Origin: a virus
Lineage: Duplodnaviria > Caudoviricetes
Reading direction: 5' to 3' (one strand)
Virus record (IMG/VR): IMGVR_UViG_3300044707_000321
Coordinates: 635 to 64,634 of that record
DNA: 64,000 bases
In this document: piece after piece, positions 27,000 through 36,092 of the stretch
Layout of the letters: each line of letters starts with the position of its first letter
How positions within the stretch are numbered: position 1 is the first letter of the stretch
Translations under genes and position numbers: made by a program
Notes under the pieces: generated by a model
What the model saw: the letters and a program-made list of their open reading frames with translations, nothing else
Told to the model about the DNA's origin: nothing
The model's database searches: none

Positions 27000-27451
27000 G
27001 AGTGAAAAACTTCACCACGATTCCGGATGAGATGGTTAGGGAGATAATCCGGCACACAGTTCCCTCCGGAGTGAAGAACTTCGACGTGAGAGTGTCCAAT
27101 CTTGGGCGGGACTACGGAGATAACACAAAAAGCGCAGGAGTCGCCGGTCGTGCCTATTCTCGCAGTCGATACCATGACCGGAGTTGCCCTTTCGTTGTCT
27201 GTCGGATCGATAAACTGGAAGATCCTAGCTACTACGAGCCTTACCAGTTGGGCCAACACAAAGGGAAAAGATACTGGTTGTACAACCGAGCCGAGAAGCT
27301 GGTTGTCATCATGGCTCACGAACTGCGCCACCTCTGGCAGTACAAACAGAAAAACAAACGAGGCTACTGCTGGGGATCCCGTGGACGCTCCTCTGAGGTG
27401 GACACCGAGGCTTACGCAATCAATCGCCTCAGAGCATGGAGGAAGCGATGA
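26996..27451 (+). CDS. Zincin-like metallopeptidase
   Basis: AHELRH..Q (HExxH) followed by EVDTEAYA third-ligand motif. Confidence 0.75.
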   Translation: MRVKNFTTIPDEMVREIIRHTVPSGVKNFDVRVSNLGRDYGDNTKSAGVAGRAYSRSRYHDRSCPFVVCRIDKLEDPSYYEPYQLGQHKGKRYWLYNRAEKLVVIMAHELRHLWQYKQKNKRGYCWGSRGRSSEVDTEAYAINRLRAWRKR

Positions 27452-27735
27452 ATAAAACCTTAACCGTCGGAAGCGTGACATTCGGTAATGGAGAATGGAG
27501 GAAATACAAAAACAAGGTTCAGTTTTACGACCAAAAAAAGAATCCTTGGTTTGCCCTCATAAAGAATAGATTCGGCTCATTGTTTTTCGTTGAAACGGCA
27601 TACACTCCGGAAGGAAAAATGTGGTACTTCCAATCAACATGCTCCACCACCGATGAAAAGATTGGGCTTACATTCAAAATGAAATCGGAAATAGCGGAAA
27701 CATTGTGGGATGAGGCAGGAGGTAAATTGCGTTGA
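27448..27735 (+). CDS. Hypothetical protein
   Basis: GGAGG SD; ATGA overlap. Confidence 0.6.
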   Translation: MNKTLTVGSVTFGNGEWRKYKNKVQFYDQKKNPWFALIKNRFGSLFFVETAYTPEGKMWYFQSTCSTTDEKIGLTFKMKSEIAETLWDEAGGKLR

Positions 27736-27768
27736 AATCCTTAACCCCTGTCATTCAACGTGATTTAC

Positions 27769-27808
27769 TTGTTGTCAATTCAGCAACAACTGGGGTAATG
27801 AAGTTGTC
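27769..27808 (+). promoter_or_regulatory. Variant of the conserved promoter (copy 5)
   Basis: TTGTTGTCA-N18-TAATGAAG; internal TTGTTG-N9-CAACAA palindrome; ATG 31 nt downstream. Confidence 0.55.
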
Positions 27809-27958
27809 ATGAAAATCTTCCTCCCCCCTCTCTCTCCGGCTGGGAAAACGAGATTGTTCGTGTTCGCCTTCTGCTGGGTTCTGGCCTCCATCGCCTTGTT
27901 TGCCATCCCCCTGCTCTTCCCTGCACCAAAAACCCAAACCAAGGAGGCACGAACATGA
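27809..27958 (+). CDS. 49-aa single-pass membrane protein
   Basis: MKIFLPPLSPAGKTRLFVFAFCWVLASIALFAIPLLFPAPKTQTKEART; ATGA overlap with 27955; not in the ORF track. Confidence 0.6.
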   Translation: MKIFLPPLSPAGKTRLFVFAFCWVLASIALFAIPLLFPAPKTQTKEART

Positions 27959-28188
27959 GAGCAAATAGAATGACAAACCGGCAAATCTTCATGAAGTTTG
28001 CCAAAGAGACTGATGAAATGTCTCTGGTGGTACTTCGTGAGAGGATTCTGGCAGTCGCCGACTGGACTCTGGCGGATCCGGAGTTAGTCCGAAAGAAGAT
28101 GGAGAAGAGCTTCATGAGTCCTGACCTCTTCTTGTCCTCCATGCAGAAGATCAAGGACGCCTTCCAGTTCGAGGGGGCAACGGTATGA
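27955..28188 (+). CDS. Hypothetical protein
   Basis: AAGGAGG SD. Confidence 0.65.
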   Translation: MRANRMTNRQIFMKFAKETDEMSLVVLRERILAVADWTLADPELVRKKMEKSFMSPDLFLSSMQKIKDAFQFEGATV

Positions 28189-28475
28189 GGGAGGGCCAAA
28201 AACTGAGGCTTCTGAGTCAAAAACTGGCTCTCATCCAGCGTGGAATTGCTGATTGGACGGTTCCACAAAAGCAACGAGCCATGGAGAGGTGTCGGTATAA
28301 CTACGTAAGCGAAGCTAGGCCGTATGTTGAGGGTTGGAAAAATATCGATGAAATGATTGTCGATATTAGGAAATGCGTGAGCCAACTCGAAGAAACCGAT
28401 TCACTGCTTACAAGCTACAAACAAAATGCCGACTCCATCCCTAGCGGGGTCTGGAACAACTTCGGAAGAGGATGA
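28185..28475 (+). CDS. Hypothetical protein, tandem paralog A
   Basis: IADW..P.KQ.AME..RY.Y...V.GWKNIDEM.VD.R shared with the next gene. Confidence 0.75.
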   Translation: MREGQKLRLLSQKLALIQRGIADWTVPQKQRAMERCRYNYVSEARPYVEGWKNIDEMIVDIRKCVSQLEETDSLLTSYKQNADSIPSGVWNNFGRG

Positions 28476-28503
28476 AAAACAACCAACAAAAGGAGGCACG
28501 AAC

Positions 28504-28758
28504 ATGAAAATAGGCATAACGCTGAAGTCACTGAGGAAGCAACTACTCCTCAACTCTCAAGAGATTGCTGACTGGGCGACTCCGGAGAAGCAACAAGCCA
28601 TGGAGCAGTACCGGTATGACTATGAGTACACCAACGGCCCATGTCGGGTTAAGGGGTGGAAGAACATCGACGAAATGGAAGTCGATCTCAGGGGGGCCAT
28701 GAGTGAACTCCGGAGAATCCAGAAACTCCTCAAGGGCTACGTAAAGGAGGAATCATGA
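28504..28758 (+). CDS. Hypothetical protein, tandem paralog B
   Basis: Same motif as paralog A; AAGGAGG SD before ATG 28504. Confidence 0.75.
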   Translation: MKIGITLKSLRKQLLLNSQEIADWATPEKQQAMEQYRYDYEYTNGPCRVKGWKNIDEMEVDLRGAMSELRRIQKLLKGYVKEES

Positions 28759-28997
28759 AAATCGTTAGCTTCACCACTCAGAAAGGACGGGCCTTATCGG
28801 TTCTCACCATGATCGACAAGCTGGAAAGCGAGATCAAGTACTACCGAGAACAGGCAAGGAGGATCCGGAGTTACGACAAGAAGTACGGCACTAATCTCTA
28901 TGCCGATAGCACCTACGCTAACGGAGCAGAGATTATGAATCGCCGACGGGCCATCGAGTTCCTGAAAAGCCTCATCGTTGTAGAAGAAACAAAATAA
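28755..28997 (+). CDS. Hypothetical protein
   Basis: AGGAGG SD; coupled. Confidence 0.65.
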   Translation: MKIVSFTTQKGRALSVLTMIDKLESEIKYYREQARRIRSYDKKYGTNLYADSTYANGAEIMNRRRAIEFLKSLIVVEETK

Positions 28998-29020
28998 CAA
29001 ACCAAAGAAAGGACACATAC

Positions 29021-29824
29021 ATGCTAACAACCGAACAAATCGCAACTAAGGCTCCGGCAGTATTCGCCGAGACGCCAAGTTCGCACTTATCGAACCGGTA
29101 CGGATTCGTCCCTACCCGTGAGATTGTGACGAGTTTGGCTCAAACCGGCTGGGGAGTCGCAAGCGCACGTCAGGTAGGACGTCGTAACGCCAGTGTGTTT
29201 AGCAAACACAAATTGACGTTCCGGCGGGAAAATGCACCGGTGATATTGAATGAGGTTTCACCTTCAGTGGATCTCTTCAATTCCCACGATGGAACGAGTG
29301 GCTTTCTCGTTTCTCTCGGCCTGACCCGATTGATATGCACGAACGGATTGAGCGTTCCGGCCTTTGCCGGCTCCTCGTTCTCGTACCGTGTGCGTCACTC
29401 GATCAAAGCAGTGGAAGGGATTCAAGAGGCTATCGCTAAGATCATGGATAACCTACCCCTGCTTGAGAATGGCATTCAGAACTGGATGAAAACCCCCTGC
29501 GGTTTAGATGGGGCCATCCGGCTTGCTGAAACGGGATTGACTGCCCGTTATGGTGAGGATCGGACGAAATGGCCTACTCAGCCTAGCCGAGTGGTCGATA
29601 TTGTCCGTCGTGAAGAGGATCGGGGCGACAACCTTTGGGTTGTTCTGAACCGAGTTCAGGAAAACGTGATTCGAGGTGATTATGGCTCCCCTGTCAGGGT
29701 TGCCAATGCAGTGACTCCCAAAAACAGAATGCGCCGGATGGGGTCAGTGCGTTCCATTGTGGCAGATCACCGGATTAATTCGGCACTATGGAGAACCGCT
29801 GACGAGTTGGCCCTCGCCAGTTAA
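29021..29824 (+). CDS. DUF932 (DUF945) family protein
   Basis: APAVFA...S.RY.FVPT, KH...FR, NSHDGTS, RLICTNGL, RR.ED...LW.V.NRVQENVIRG, IN.ALW. Confidence 0.9.
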   Translation: MLTTEQIATKAPAVFAETPSSHLSNRYGFVPTREIVTSLAQTGWGVASARQVGRRNASVFSKHKLTFRRENAPVILNEVSPSVDLFNSHDGTSGFLVSLGLTRLICTNGLSVPAFAGSSFSYRVRHSIKAVEGIQEAIAKIMDNLPLLENGIQNWMKTPCGLDGAIRLAETGLTARYGEDRTKWPTQPSRVVDIVRREEDRGDNLWVVLNRVQENVIRGDYGSPVRVANAVTPKNRMRRMGSVRSIVADHRINSALWRTADELALAS

Positions 29825-29830
29825 ACATGA

Positions 29831-30016
29831 ATGAAATATCAAATTATCCAAATTACCGGAAAGGAACGCAAGGTAATCGATACAGTCCCTACGAGGGGGG
29901 ATGCCCGACGAGTGTTGGGCGTCCTTCAACTCACAAAAGGCAAGGCGGATCGGTTTATCGCCGAGGCAGGGGGAAAACCCCTGCCGGCCCTTTGGGTGAA
30001 AAGGTTGGCCTTGTGA
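29831..30016 (+). CDS. Small hypothetical protein (frame ambiguous with 29827-30084)
   Basis: MKYQIIQITG...; more protein-like than the overlapping frame. Confidence 0.4.
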   Translation: MKYQIIQITGKERKVIDTVPTRGDARRVLGVLQLTKGKADRFIAEAGGKPLPALWVKRLAL

Positions 30017-30163
30017 TCGTATCGGTATTATTCGGCATACTGATTGGCATGGGGATTTTGAGTTGGCTCGACTTCCTCATTTAGTTGTTTTTCTATAAAC
30101 ACCTATCAATCAGTCGAATAAAATGCTAGTACGCCCTGTACTTGTTGCCATATCATAACCACT

Positions 30164-30511
30164 ATGAAAATAAACCAATGGTTTGCATGGAAGCGTTCCG
30201 AGAAGCGAATGACCATGGGCGAGATCGCCAAAAAGTGCGGTCTGCACCGTTCGACAATCTGGAAGATTGAGAAGGGCCGTCCGGTCAAAGGCGAAATCCT
30301 TAGACTGGTTGTTCGTGCCATGGGCCTGACAAAGCAGGAGTCAAACGAACTTCAGGCATTGTGGGCAAAGCAACGTCTAGGTACTGAGGATCCGGTATGG
30401 ATGGATCAAATTGAGCCTCCAAAGGGTCTTAATAAAGAGGAGTTGCGTTTGGTGCGTCGCCTACTTGCCAACAAGAAGGCACTCCTAGAATCGGCTTATA
30501 AGCTCAAATAA
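30164..30511 (+). CDS. XRE-family HTH transcriptional regulator
   Basis: R.EKRMTMGEIAKKCGLHRSTIWKIEKG; TTGTTGCCA box at 30142-30150 upstream. Confidence 0.85.
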   Translation: MKINQWFAWKRSEKRMTMGEIAKKCGLHRSTIWKIEKGRPVKGEILRLVVRAMGLTKQESNELQALWAKQRLGTEDPVWMDQIEPPKGLNKEELRLVRRLLANKKALLESAYKLK

Positions 30512-30513
30512 GG

Positions 30514-30726
30514 CTATTCTAGTATATCCTCGACTCCATCCTCATCCTTGTCTTTGAAGGATTCCGGATCCCTAGAGAAGATCCGGTTGGCGATCATGTA
30601 CTTGGATGATGCCTCATCCTCCTCAAACATCTTCTTTTGATCTTCGTCCACCTTGCCGGCTTTCCATACTACGAAAGCGAATGCGTAGCCTGAGAAGCAA
30701 ACAAGGAAGGCTAGGAGTACTATCAT
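30514..30726 (-). CDS. Small membrane protein
   Basis: N-terminal TM helix and acidic tail. Confidence 0.6.
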   Translation of the reverse strand: MIVLLAFLVCFSGYAFAFVVWKAGKVDEDQKKMFEEDEASSKYMIANRIFSRDPESFKDKDEDGVEDILE

Positions 30727-31004
30727 ATAAGCCTGAACATGGGTAATCTTCGGTAGTAAGGTGGATCGGCAACAACCAACTGTGCGAACTTCTTGCGTTC
30801 CGCCTTCCCCGCATTGATAAGTTCGGATAAGTAGCGGGAGGTGTACTCTTTGTTATGCCCTATTTGCTTTGAGATCTGATCTGCCGTGTACCACCCTTTC
30901 GGAATCTCCTCTTTGTATCGCACTTTGATATGATCCCGAATGGCATCTTTCCATGCGGTATCTGCGCTTTCCTCTAGCTGTTTTCTGGTGGGTGTTTTTT
31001 TCAT
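30723..31004 (-). CDS. Winged-HTH-like small protein
   Basis: PKGWYTADQISKQIG.....TSRYL..L...GKAERK.F. Confidence 0.6.
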   Translation of the reverse strand: MKKTPTRKQLEESADTAWKDAIRDHIKVRYKEEIPKGWYTADQISKQIGHNKEYTSRYLSELINAGKAERKKFAQLVVADPPYYRRLPMFRLI

Positions 31005-31807
31005 AGAACGTCAATGTCTCCTTGTGGTGATGGGAAGCTGATCTCGTTCACCACCGGCAGGGATCCGTCCGGAACGTTGCGCCAATCCAGAACAAGGGCA
31101 GATGGGCGGGGTACACTGGACGGAACAACCTTGCGCCCGTATCTGGTTAGAAACTGCCATCCTCCGGTGATCCCCATAAGACCGGCCCCGTCCGAATACC
31201 ATCCCCCGACGTGCCTATGGCCCCTCAAGAAAACTGTTGGGATCTCATGGCCGGATCGGGCCGACTGCAAACGGGCATTCCCTAGCTCGGCCCCTAATGC
31301 GCTACTTTCGCTCACTGCCCGTCCTGCGGTAGAGATATGATGCGTTGCCGAAACCAGTGTGCCGGCAATCTTGAAAAGCCACTGGGGTAATGCCTTACCG
31401 GATCTGGCCTTTAGTTTTTTGGCAATATACGACTCTATATTGTGGGTATGACACTCTGTTCCCTGCGTCACCAAGACCTGACAAGCCTTGTTTGCCAGAG
31501 GCTCAAGGCATTCCACGGCCATGTTTGCGTGATCCTCGATTAACTGGGTTAGATTCTCGATTGAGTTATGATGCACTCCCTCGGTCAGATCCCCGTTTAA
31601 GAGCATCGCATACGGACTCTTTCCCCTGATCTTTGCAAACCGCTTCTGCATATCTAGCCACTTGTCCCATAGCCACGCATGATGAATGTTCCTGCCGAAA
31701 CCTATCTTGTTGCCCGTGACAGTCTCAGTCTCCGGAGGCATAAGTCCTACGACCGATCCACAATGGATGTCGGATAAAACCAGTAATAATCTTGGACGAT
31801 CACTCAT
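31001..31807 (-). CDS. Calcineurin-like metallophosphoesterase
   Basis: SDIHCG, NGDLTEG, GTECH, THH, RGHRH. Confidence 0.85.
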   Translation of the reverse strand: MSDRPRLLLVLSDIHCGSVVGLMPPETETVTGNKIGFGRNIHHAWLWDKWLDMQKRFAKIRGKSPYAMLLNGDLTEGVHHNSIENLTQLIEDHANMAVECLEPLANKACQVLVTQGTECHTHNIESYIAKKLKARSGKALPQWLFKIAGTLVSATHHISTAGRAVSESSALGAELGNARLQSARSGHEIPTVFLRGHRHVGGWYSDGAGLMGITGGWQFLTRYGRKVVPSSVPRPSALVLDWRNVPDGSLPVVNEISFPSPQGDIDVL

Positions 31808-32303
31808 GGAGGTAGTCCTTCACTTTGTAGATCTGCTTAACTAGGCGTCGTCTCCGATAGCATCCGTTCCCGTCCCTGCTTCCTTCTGGTGACGTATTCC
31901 CTTCGATGGTGAATACCCATTGACCTTCGTTTTTTTCGATAAGTCCCACATGTGCCACTCGTCGTAGGCTTTCGAACCAGATTCCAAACACTCCGGCAAC
32001 CGGAACGACTCCGGCAACTGGCCGTTTGCCTCCGGATACCCAACTAGGCGACCAACCAGACCTCGGTACAACCGCAGTACTGCTCTTGGAAAAAACGTAA
32101 TACAGGAATGAAGCGCACCAAGGATCCCCTTTAGAAAGCCCAACGGACTCAAGGAATGCTTCGACCTCAGGGCCATCATTCTTTCCTGTCGCTTCTTTAA
32201 CCCCAAGAAACGAACGTGCGAAATTAAGGACGTCCTCCCTTTCTCCTGCCCAACACGATCCACAGAGGGCCGTGACCACCATGATCCGGAGGAGTAATCC
32301 CAT
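31800..32303 (-). CDS. CHAP-domain endolysin with N-terminal signal
   Basis: GVKEATGKNDGPEV, PWCASF (Cys), HVG (His), TIEGNT; hydrophobic N-terminus from ATG 32303. Confidence 0.88.
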   Translation of the reverse strand: MGLLLRIMVVTALCGSCWAGEREDVLNFARSFLGVKEATGKNDGPEVEAFLESVGLSKGDPWCASFLYYVFSKSSTAVVPRSGWSPSWVSGGKRPVAGVVPVAGVFGIWFESLRRVAHVGLIEKNEGQWVFTIEGNTSPEGSRDGNGCYRRRRLVKQIYKVKDYLHE

Positions 32304-32304
32304 G

Positions 32305-32649
32305 TCATAACCCACTCCGGATTGAGAGAATTGCCCCAAAGAAGAGGGCAAATATAACGCAAACCGTCACAATTACCCGTGTGAGGGAGTTAATTGCTCT
32401 CCAATCCTGCAAGAACCGGCCTGAGTCCATGTGTTCGTCAATCGTCGGGAACTCCGAGCTAACGACGAAAAAGGCTAAGGCGATGGAAAGCAGAAATACG
32501 CATACTCCGAAAACAAGGGCATGGAGTACCCCGAAATCCGTAGATCCGGCACTCGGATCTAGGTTCTGGATAACCGGCCTTGAAACGACGAAGAGCGTTA
32601 GGGCCGATACCAATGCCCAAAACCCCTGAATCTTCCTTAGAAATCTCAC
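32305..32649 (-). CDS. Holin-like membrane protein (3 TM)
   Basis: Three hydrophobic segments; adjacent to the endolysin; GTG start overlapping the upstream stop. Confidence 0.6.
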   Translation of the reverse strand: MRFLRKIQGFWALVSALTLFVVSRPVIQNLDPSAGSTDFGVLHALVFGVCVFLLSIALAFFVVSSEFPTIDEHMDSGRFLQDWRAINSLTRVIVTVCVIFALFFGAILSIRSGL

Positions 32650-33263
32650 CAAGGGATCCCCACGAATTTGCGGATTACCCAAAAGATCGGCCCCTTCATG
32701 GCAAATAAGCCAACGACAATCAAAGCACCCCGCCAGAACCAGAGTTCTTTTAGTGCCTTCCTCTGCTTCCCCTTCCAGTAATCCACATTCTTATTCGCAT
32801 CGTTTAGCTCTTTAGTAACACGATCCAGTTCTTCAGTATTTGAGGCGCATACTTCCTTTGCCGATACAAGCTGGGCCTTAGCCTTATCAGCTAGCTTTTT
32901 GGCATCTTCTACTGTCTTTGCTTCCCCTACTTGTTCCAGATAAAAGTCCACACGGTTAAAGTCACCGGAAGATCTCTTGCTACTTGTTGTCGAACAGCCG
33001 ACAATGCATATCACAAAAAGGATGGCGACGGGCGGAAAGGTCTTAAACCTTGCAGTGTAGAACTTTTCAAGACGTTTGAGGGATGCGGTAAGTTTATTTA
33101 CGTGTACTTCACCTACTTCATCCGACGCACCGGCTTCTGCGTCTCTTAGCATCCTATGGAGGTGCATAATCACTGACCGAAGAAGTGTGTTTTCCTTGAG
33201 AACAAACGTCACAAGAGAGTTTAGATCCTGCTTCTTTTTGGCTTTCAAGGTTGTACTCCCCAA
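32646..33263 (-). CDS. Spanin-like protein (internal lipobox, coiled coil, C-terminal TM)
   Basis: AILFVICIVG/C lipobox at ~aa 90, helical region, C-terminal hydrophobic helix; in the lysis cluster. Confidence 0.55.
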   Translation of the reverse strand: MGSTTLKAKKKQDLNSLVTFVLKENTLLRSVIMHLHRMLRDAEAGASDEVGEVHVNKLTASLKRLEKFYTARFKTFPPVAILFVICIVGCSTTSSKRSSGDFNRVDFYLEQVGEAKTVEDAKKLADKAKAQLVSAKEVCASNTEELDRVTKELNDANKNVDYWKGKQRKALKELWFWRGALIVVGLFAMKGPIFWVIRKFVGIPW

Positions 33264-33502
33264 AACTTAGCCTTCACCCATTCATAGGTGAAGCTCAAGG
33301 CAAGCGAAGCAAAGGCAATAAAGCCAAGGGCATACGACTTGAGACGTTCTAGGGTGTCGATCCGGCCAGATATTCTTGACGACCATTCAGCCAATTCGGA
33401 GGTGTTCTTTTCAAGAACGGATTGAATCGTGATGATTCGCTCCTCTAAACGGGCCAACCTCTCACGAACGTCCGATATGCTCTTTCTATCGGTCGTACTC
33501 AT
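33245..33502 (-). CDS. Coiled-coil plus C-terminal TM protein (XhlA/holin-like)
   Basis: RERLARLEE...RIDTLE followed by a TM helix. Confidence 0.6.
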   Translation of the reverse strand: MSTTDRKSISDVRERLARLEERIITIQSVLEKNTSELAEWSSRISGRIDTLERLKSYALGFIAFASLALSFTYEWVKAKFWGVQP

Positions 33503-33503
33503 A

Positions 33504-34604
33504 TTAGTTTGTCGCAAGCGTTACGCCTCTTGTGACTAATGCCTTCGCACTTGCCCCAGCCTTAACAATAGTTGCCGTTCCAGCACCAGTAAGGCTTGCA
33601 GGACTGCTCATCGTATAGGTAAATTGATTTTCGTTAGTAACTGTGATTACGGCATATCTATTTGCAAATGTTAGGGTTGTTATTCCTGATATACGAAGAA
33701 CATCACCAGTTGAATATCCGTGACTAGCCAGACTTACAGTACAGGTTGTTCCTGACCCAACAAAGTTCGAGCCAGCAGTTGTGGTTGAACCTAGATTTGA
33801 TGGAGCAGATGAGGTTCCTGTTATAGTAACTGTTTTTCCAGTCGAATATGCAATAGTGTTGTTTGCTCCATCCATGTATGCTAGTGCCGAAAGAAGATTA
33901 TCAACGGAGGATTGGTTAAGTGCGATGCTTGTTAGACTTATATTTCCAAAGCAAGCCTTCCATGTTCCCAAGGTTGGCATTGTCAGCGTAGTCATCAATG
34001 GGGCAGTTATATTGATTGAACCTCCAACATAGATCAAAGAAGAAAAGTTTAATGAAGTTAATACACTAAAGGTAGCACTAAAACTAGCTAGTATAAATTG
34101 CAGTTTTGAGAGATCAAAGACAGTAAGGACTGAAAATGTTACGGCAGTGTTGAATTGCACAAACGCCATTAAAGATCCGATATTTATAGTAGTTAGCGAT
34201 GAAAAGTTCCCACCAAAAGAACCGATCTGATTTGTGTATTTTAGATTTGGGACATTAAGTGTTGTTAATGAAGATGTTGGAGATTGAAGAAGATTTCCAC
34301 CAATATAAACTAAATTTGGTGCTGAAATGCTTGTTATTGTGGATGGGATGGACGTAAAGAAATTTCCAATAATTCCTTCTAAATCAGAAAAAGTAAATGA
34401 GGTTGGGCTCAAGCCAGCAAGAGACCCATAGTAATCGATTGCATTTACCCACTTGCCACGACCAGTTCCAACCAGTTCTCCGTTAATTTGAAGATTTTGT
34501 GCAGGGATAATAAGAGTGGGTGGGAACGGAACAAGATTTGTCCCGCCAATTTCAACACTGATGGGTGATTGAGATATAAATGCTGATTGCTTAGTAAGAG
34601 GCAT
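33504..34604 (-). CDS. Putative receptor-binding/fibre-associated protein with LRR-like solenoid repeats
   Basis: LT.L....L.YIGG repeats; C-terminal TVSLASHGYSTGD.L.ISG beta module. Confidence 0.65.
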   Translation of the reverse strand: MPLTKQSAFISQSPISVEIGGTNLVPFPPTLIIPAQNLQINGELVGTGRGKWVNAIDYYGSLAGLSPTSFTFSDLEGIIGNFFTSIPSTITSISAPNLVYIGGNLLQSPTSSLTTLNVPNLKYTNQIGSFGGNFSSLTTINIGSLMAFVQFNTAVTFSVLTVFDLSKLQFILASFSATFSVLTSLNFSSLIYVGGSINITAPLMTTLTMPTLGTWKACFGNISLTSIALNQSSVDNLLSALAYMDGANNTIAYSTGKTVTITGTSSAPSNLGSTTTAGSNFVGSGTTCTVSLASHGYSTGDVLRISGITTLTFANRYAVITVTNENQFTYTMSSPASLTGAGTATIVKAGASAKALVTRGVTLATN

Positions 34605-34614
34605 CGCCTACTCC

Positions 34615-36087
34615 CTAACTAATTGCAGTTATCCTTGCCGTACCTGCGCTACTGAAGATTCCGCTATGCTGAAGGGATTGTTGACCCGCTGGGGCTTCCC
34701 AATAATCTCCCGCCAGTAACCGCACCTGATACGATGTGGTGCTACAACTTGCACCAACATTTATAAAGAGTGTTCCCGCCCCTTCGTTAAATACTGTTAG
34801 AACTTCCCTGCCAGCAACGGCTGTAACTAAAGTAGCCGAAGTTGTGCTTGTGAAGTTAGAGTTTGTCGTTGTGAACCCTTGCTGGGGATATGTATTTACT
34901 GTTCCGCTAACTGTGCATGGGAGCGAGCTTGTGCAACTGTTTATATCGACAACCCCTGCGATTGGCACTCTATTAAGTATCCTGTGATCTCCACCACTTG
35001 TAGCATTAAGACCTAAGTTTCTGTATGAATTAAATACGCCAGACCAACTGCCTCCACCATTACCCGTTACATCTAATCTTACATATCTATACTTGGTACT
35101 TCCAGCCCACAAACTAAAGACATAGGTGCCTGTCGAGCCACCTGTTAGAGTTGAATTTGAGAATCGATAGGCTATTGGATCGCCTTGAGAAGATGGATAT
35201 CTGTCATTAAATACCGTTACCGAGCCATTGGAAGTTCCAGCACCCGTTGTAAAGGGGGAGTTGCCAACAGATAAAGCAATGTTGTGAGTAAATCCTCCGC
35301 CTCCACCATTTACCCTAAACTCGACATAGTCAGCAGATCCCGCATCAAACAATCCGTAATTACCAGCAGTAGCATAGCTGAATATAGTCCCCGCATTAAC
35401 TAGGGTGTTATTAAATGTTCCGACCGTGCCAGAGATGGGCTGGGTAGATGGCTGTTCATAGGAAATAGCGATAGTTCCAGTTATTCCAGTTTCCAGATAC
35501 CATCCAGTTTTGGGTGGAAATGGATCTCCATTGTCATTGCCAGCGTTTTGAGGAAGGATACTTGCAACTACTCCCTGTATATCTGCATAAGAGCCAGTTG
35601 AATATAATCTCCATATTTTTTGCGAGGAGTCACTAGGAGTCTCTAATACTACTCTTAGATATGCTTCATCTTCATTCCCTTGATATCTAATGCTTTCATA
35701 TTCGTATTCACCAATTCTTCTCAAATAAACATCTGACACTAAGGTGTCCGAAGTGGCATTGATTACATTTACATTAACCTTAATGTAGGGGAGTTCGTTG
35801 CTTCCCTGCGATTTGTCATCGTAATAAATAACCAAGCCATCGGAGTTTGAGTGGGTCGATGATGCTGAAACTACGGAACTATTTAACGTGATTGTAGCTG
35901 AATTTGCGTCATTGTGGGGCTTGGTGAAGGCTTGAAGCGTTGTCGCAGAATCGGCAAAGTTATAGTAAGTGACGTTCCTTGTTGTATTGACGATTAAAAG
36001 AACCTGATCCCTGTCTATGTTCACTCCTGTAAGAGTGATTACTCCGGTTGTTTTATTGTAAGTATAATTAGGTGCAATTTGTTTCAT
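34615..36087 (-). CDS. Tail fibre/spike-like protein
   Basis: N-terminal YTYN..TG.ITL...LLIVNTTRN..YYNFAD module; beta-rich S/T/G composition. Confidence 0.65.
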   Translation of the reverse strand: MKQIAPNYTYNKTTGVITLTGVNIDRDQVLLIVNTTRNVTYYNFADSATTLQAFTKPHNDANSATITLNSSVVSASSTHSNSDGLVIYYDDKSQGSNELPYIKVNVNVINATSDTLVSDVYLRRIGEYEYESIRYQGNEDEAYLRVVLETPSDSSQKIWRLYSTGSYADIQGVVASILPQNAGNDNGDPFPPKTGWYLETGITGTIAISYEQPSTQPISGTVGTFNNTLVNAGTIFSYATAGNYGLFDAGSADYVEFRVNGGGGGFTHNIALSVGNSPFTTGAGTSNGSVTVFNDRYPSSQGDPIAYRFSNSTLTGGSTGTYVFSLWAGSTKYRYVRLDVTGNGGGSWSGVFNSYRNLGLNATSGGDHRILNRVPIAGVVDINSCTSSLPCTVSGTVNTYPQQGFTTTNSNFTSTTSATLVTAVAGREVLTVFNEGAGTLFINVGASCSTTSYQVRLLAGDYWEAPAGQQSLQHSGIFSSAGTARITAIS

Positions 36088-36092
36088 TTTAA

